The notes beneath the pieces were generated by a model. It worked only from the letters and a program-made list of their open reading frames with translations. It searched no databases and had not been told where the DNA came from. From assembly GCA_017937125.1 (NCBI GenBank), contig JAGBEH010000005.1, forward strand, positions 34,837 to 98,836: a stretch of 64,000 bases of DNA. Direction: 5' to 3'. Position numbers and translations under genes: made by a program. Shown piece after piece: positions 63,628 through 64,000 of the stretch. How positions within the stretch are numbered: position 1 is the first letter of the stretch; each line of letters opens with the position of its first letter. This DNA comes from Alistipes sp. Lineage in GTDB: Bacteria; Bacteroidota; Bacteroidia; Bacteroidales; Rikenellaceae.

Positions 63628-64000
63628 TCATTGTCTGTCGCGGCGGTCTATCTCCTTGTATAGCTTGTCGCCGCGATGTACCGGTTTGAGCGTCTTTATC
63701 GAACATACGTCGCCCTGACGCACCGTCTCGACGGGTTTGTCGGCCAAATATATCTCGTCGGCCGTCTGCTCCTCGATGCCCGTCGTCGCACCCGAGAAGA
63801 ATATCTGTTCGCCGCGGTCGAGCGTCGAGGCTTCGACCGTCACTTCGGCTACGGATATGCGTTTGTAGAAGTTGGTTACCTTGCCGACGTAGACTTTCTG
63901 CTTCGTGGCTGCCGAACCGTAGTTCTCGCTATGTTCGACGACGGGGCGCCCCGCATAGTAACCCTCCCAGAAGCCGCGATTGAATACGGTTTCGAGCCGT
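63628..64000 (-). CDS. U32-family peptidase-like protein (PrtC/TrhP type), 3' end only
   Basis: Manual translation from the right edge: RLETVFNRGFWEGYYAG...KVYVGKVTNFY...GATTG...RGDKLYK. Confidence 0.85.
   Translation of the reverse strand, partial: RLETVFNRGFWEGYYAGRPVVEHSENYGSAATKQKVYVGKVTNFYKRISVAEVTVEASTLDRGEQIFFSGATTGIEEQTADEIYLADKPVETVRQGDVCSIKTLKPVHRGDKLYKEIDRRDRQ

Noticed and set aside
72-63843. Numerous long antisense or alternative-frame ORFs in the track (e.g. 6592..8256, 14202 extension, 35376..37913, 44516..46267, 47054..49084)
   Set aside because: They are shadows of real genes caused by high GC3 and few stop codons, and they have no recognisable motifs.

Overview
High-GC Bacteroidota chromosomal window, most likely Alistipes/Rikenellaceae. 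This is inferred from gene content, a SusC/FecR/ECF unit and TAnnTTTG promoters. It is mostly housekeeping genes (tgt, rluD, recG, ispG, rsgA, nfo, deoC, pnp, rpsO, xerD, prmA, recO and an EF-G2 paralog). I found no tRNA, rRNA, CRISPR array, transposase or prophage. The accessory and unusual parts are: (1) an ECF sigma/FecR/SusC unit with an in-frame G9 tract between the STN signalling domain and the transporter; (2) a cassette of MFS transporter, FAD oxidoreductase, secreted histidine phosphatase and DeoR regulator for an unknown phosphorylated substrate; (3) a hairpin-rich corA leader with a 12-codon upstream ORF; (4) a 1107-aa secreted protein with LysM, a duplicated Dx[DN]xDG domain, a WG repeat and an intact caspase His/Cys dyad; (5) several apparent pseudoenzymes, namely a GH2 lacking both catalytic Glu, a degenerate GT2 coupled to an orphan ECF sigma, and an MqnA lacking the conserved Asn; (6) an unlisted 42-aa ORF behind another orphan ECF sigma; (7) a structure-conserved palindromic repeat family and two large hairpin-rich intergenic elements; and (8) a LicD/cytidylyltransferase/glutaminase-less AsnB-like trio. 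All calls come from reading the sequence by eye and no database search was run. Many start codons were moved from the ORF track to the more plausible downstream start.
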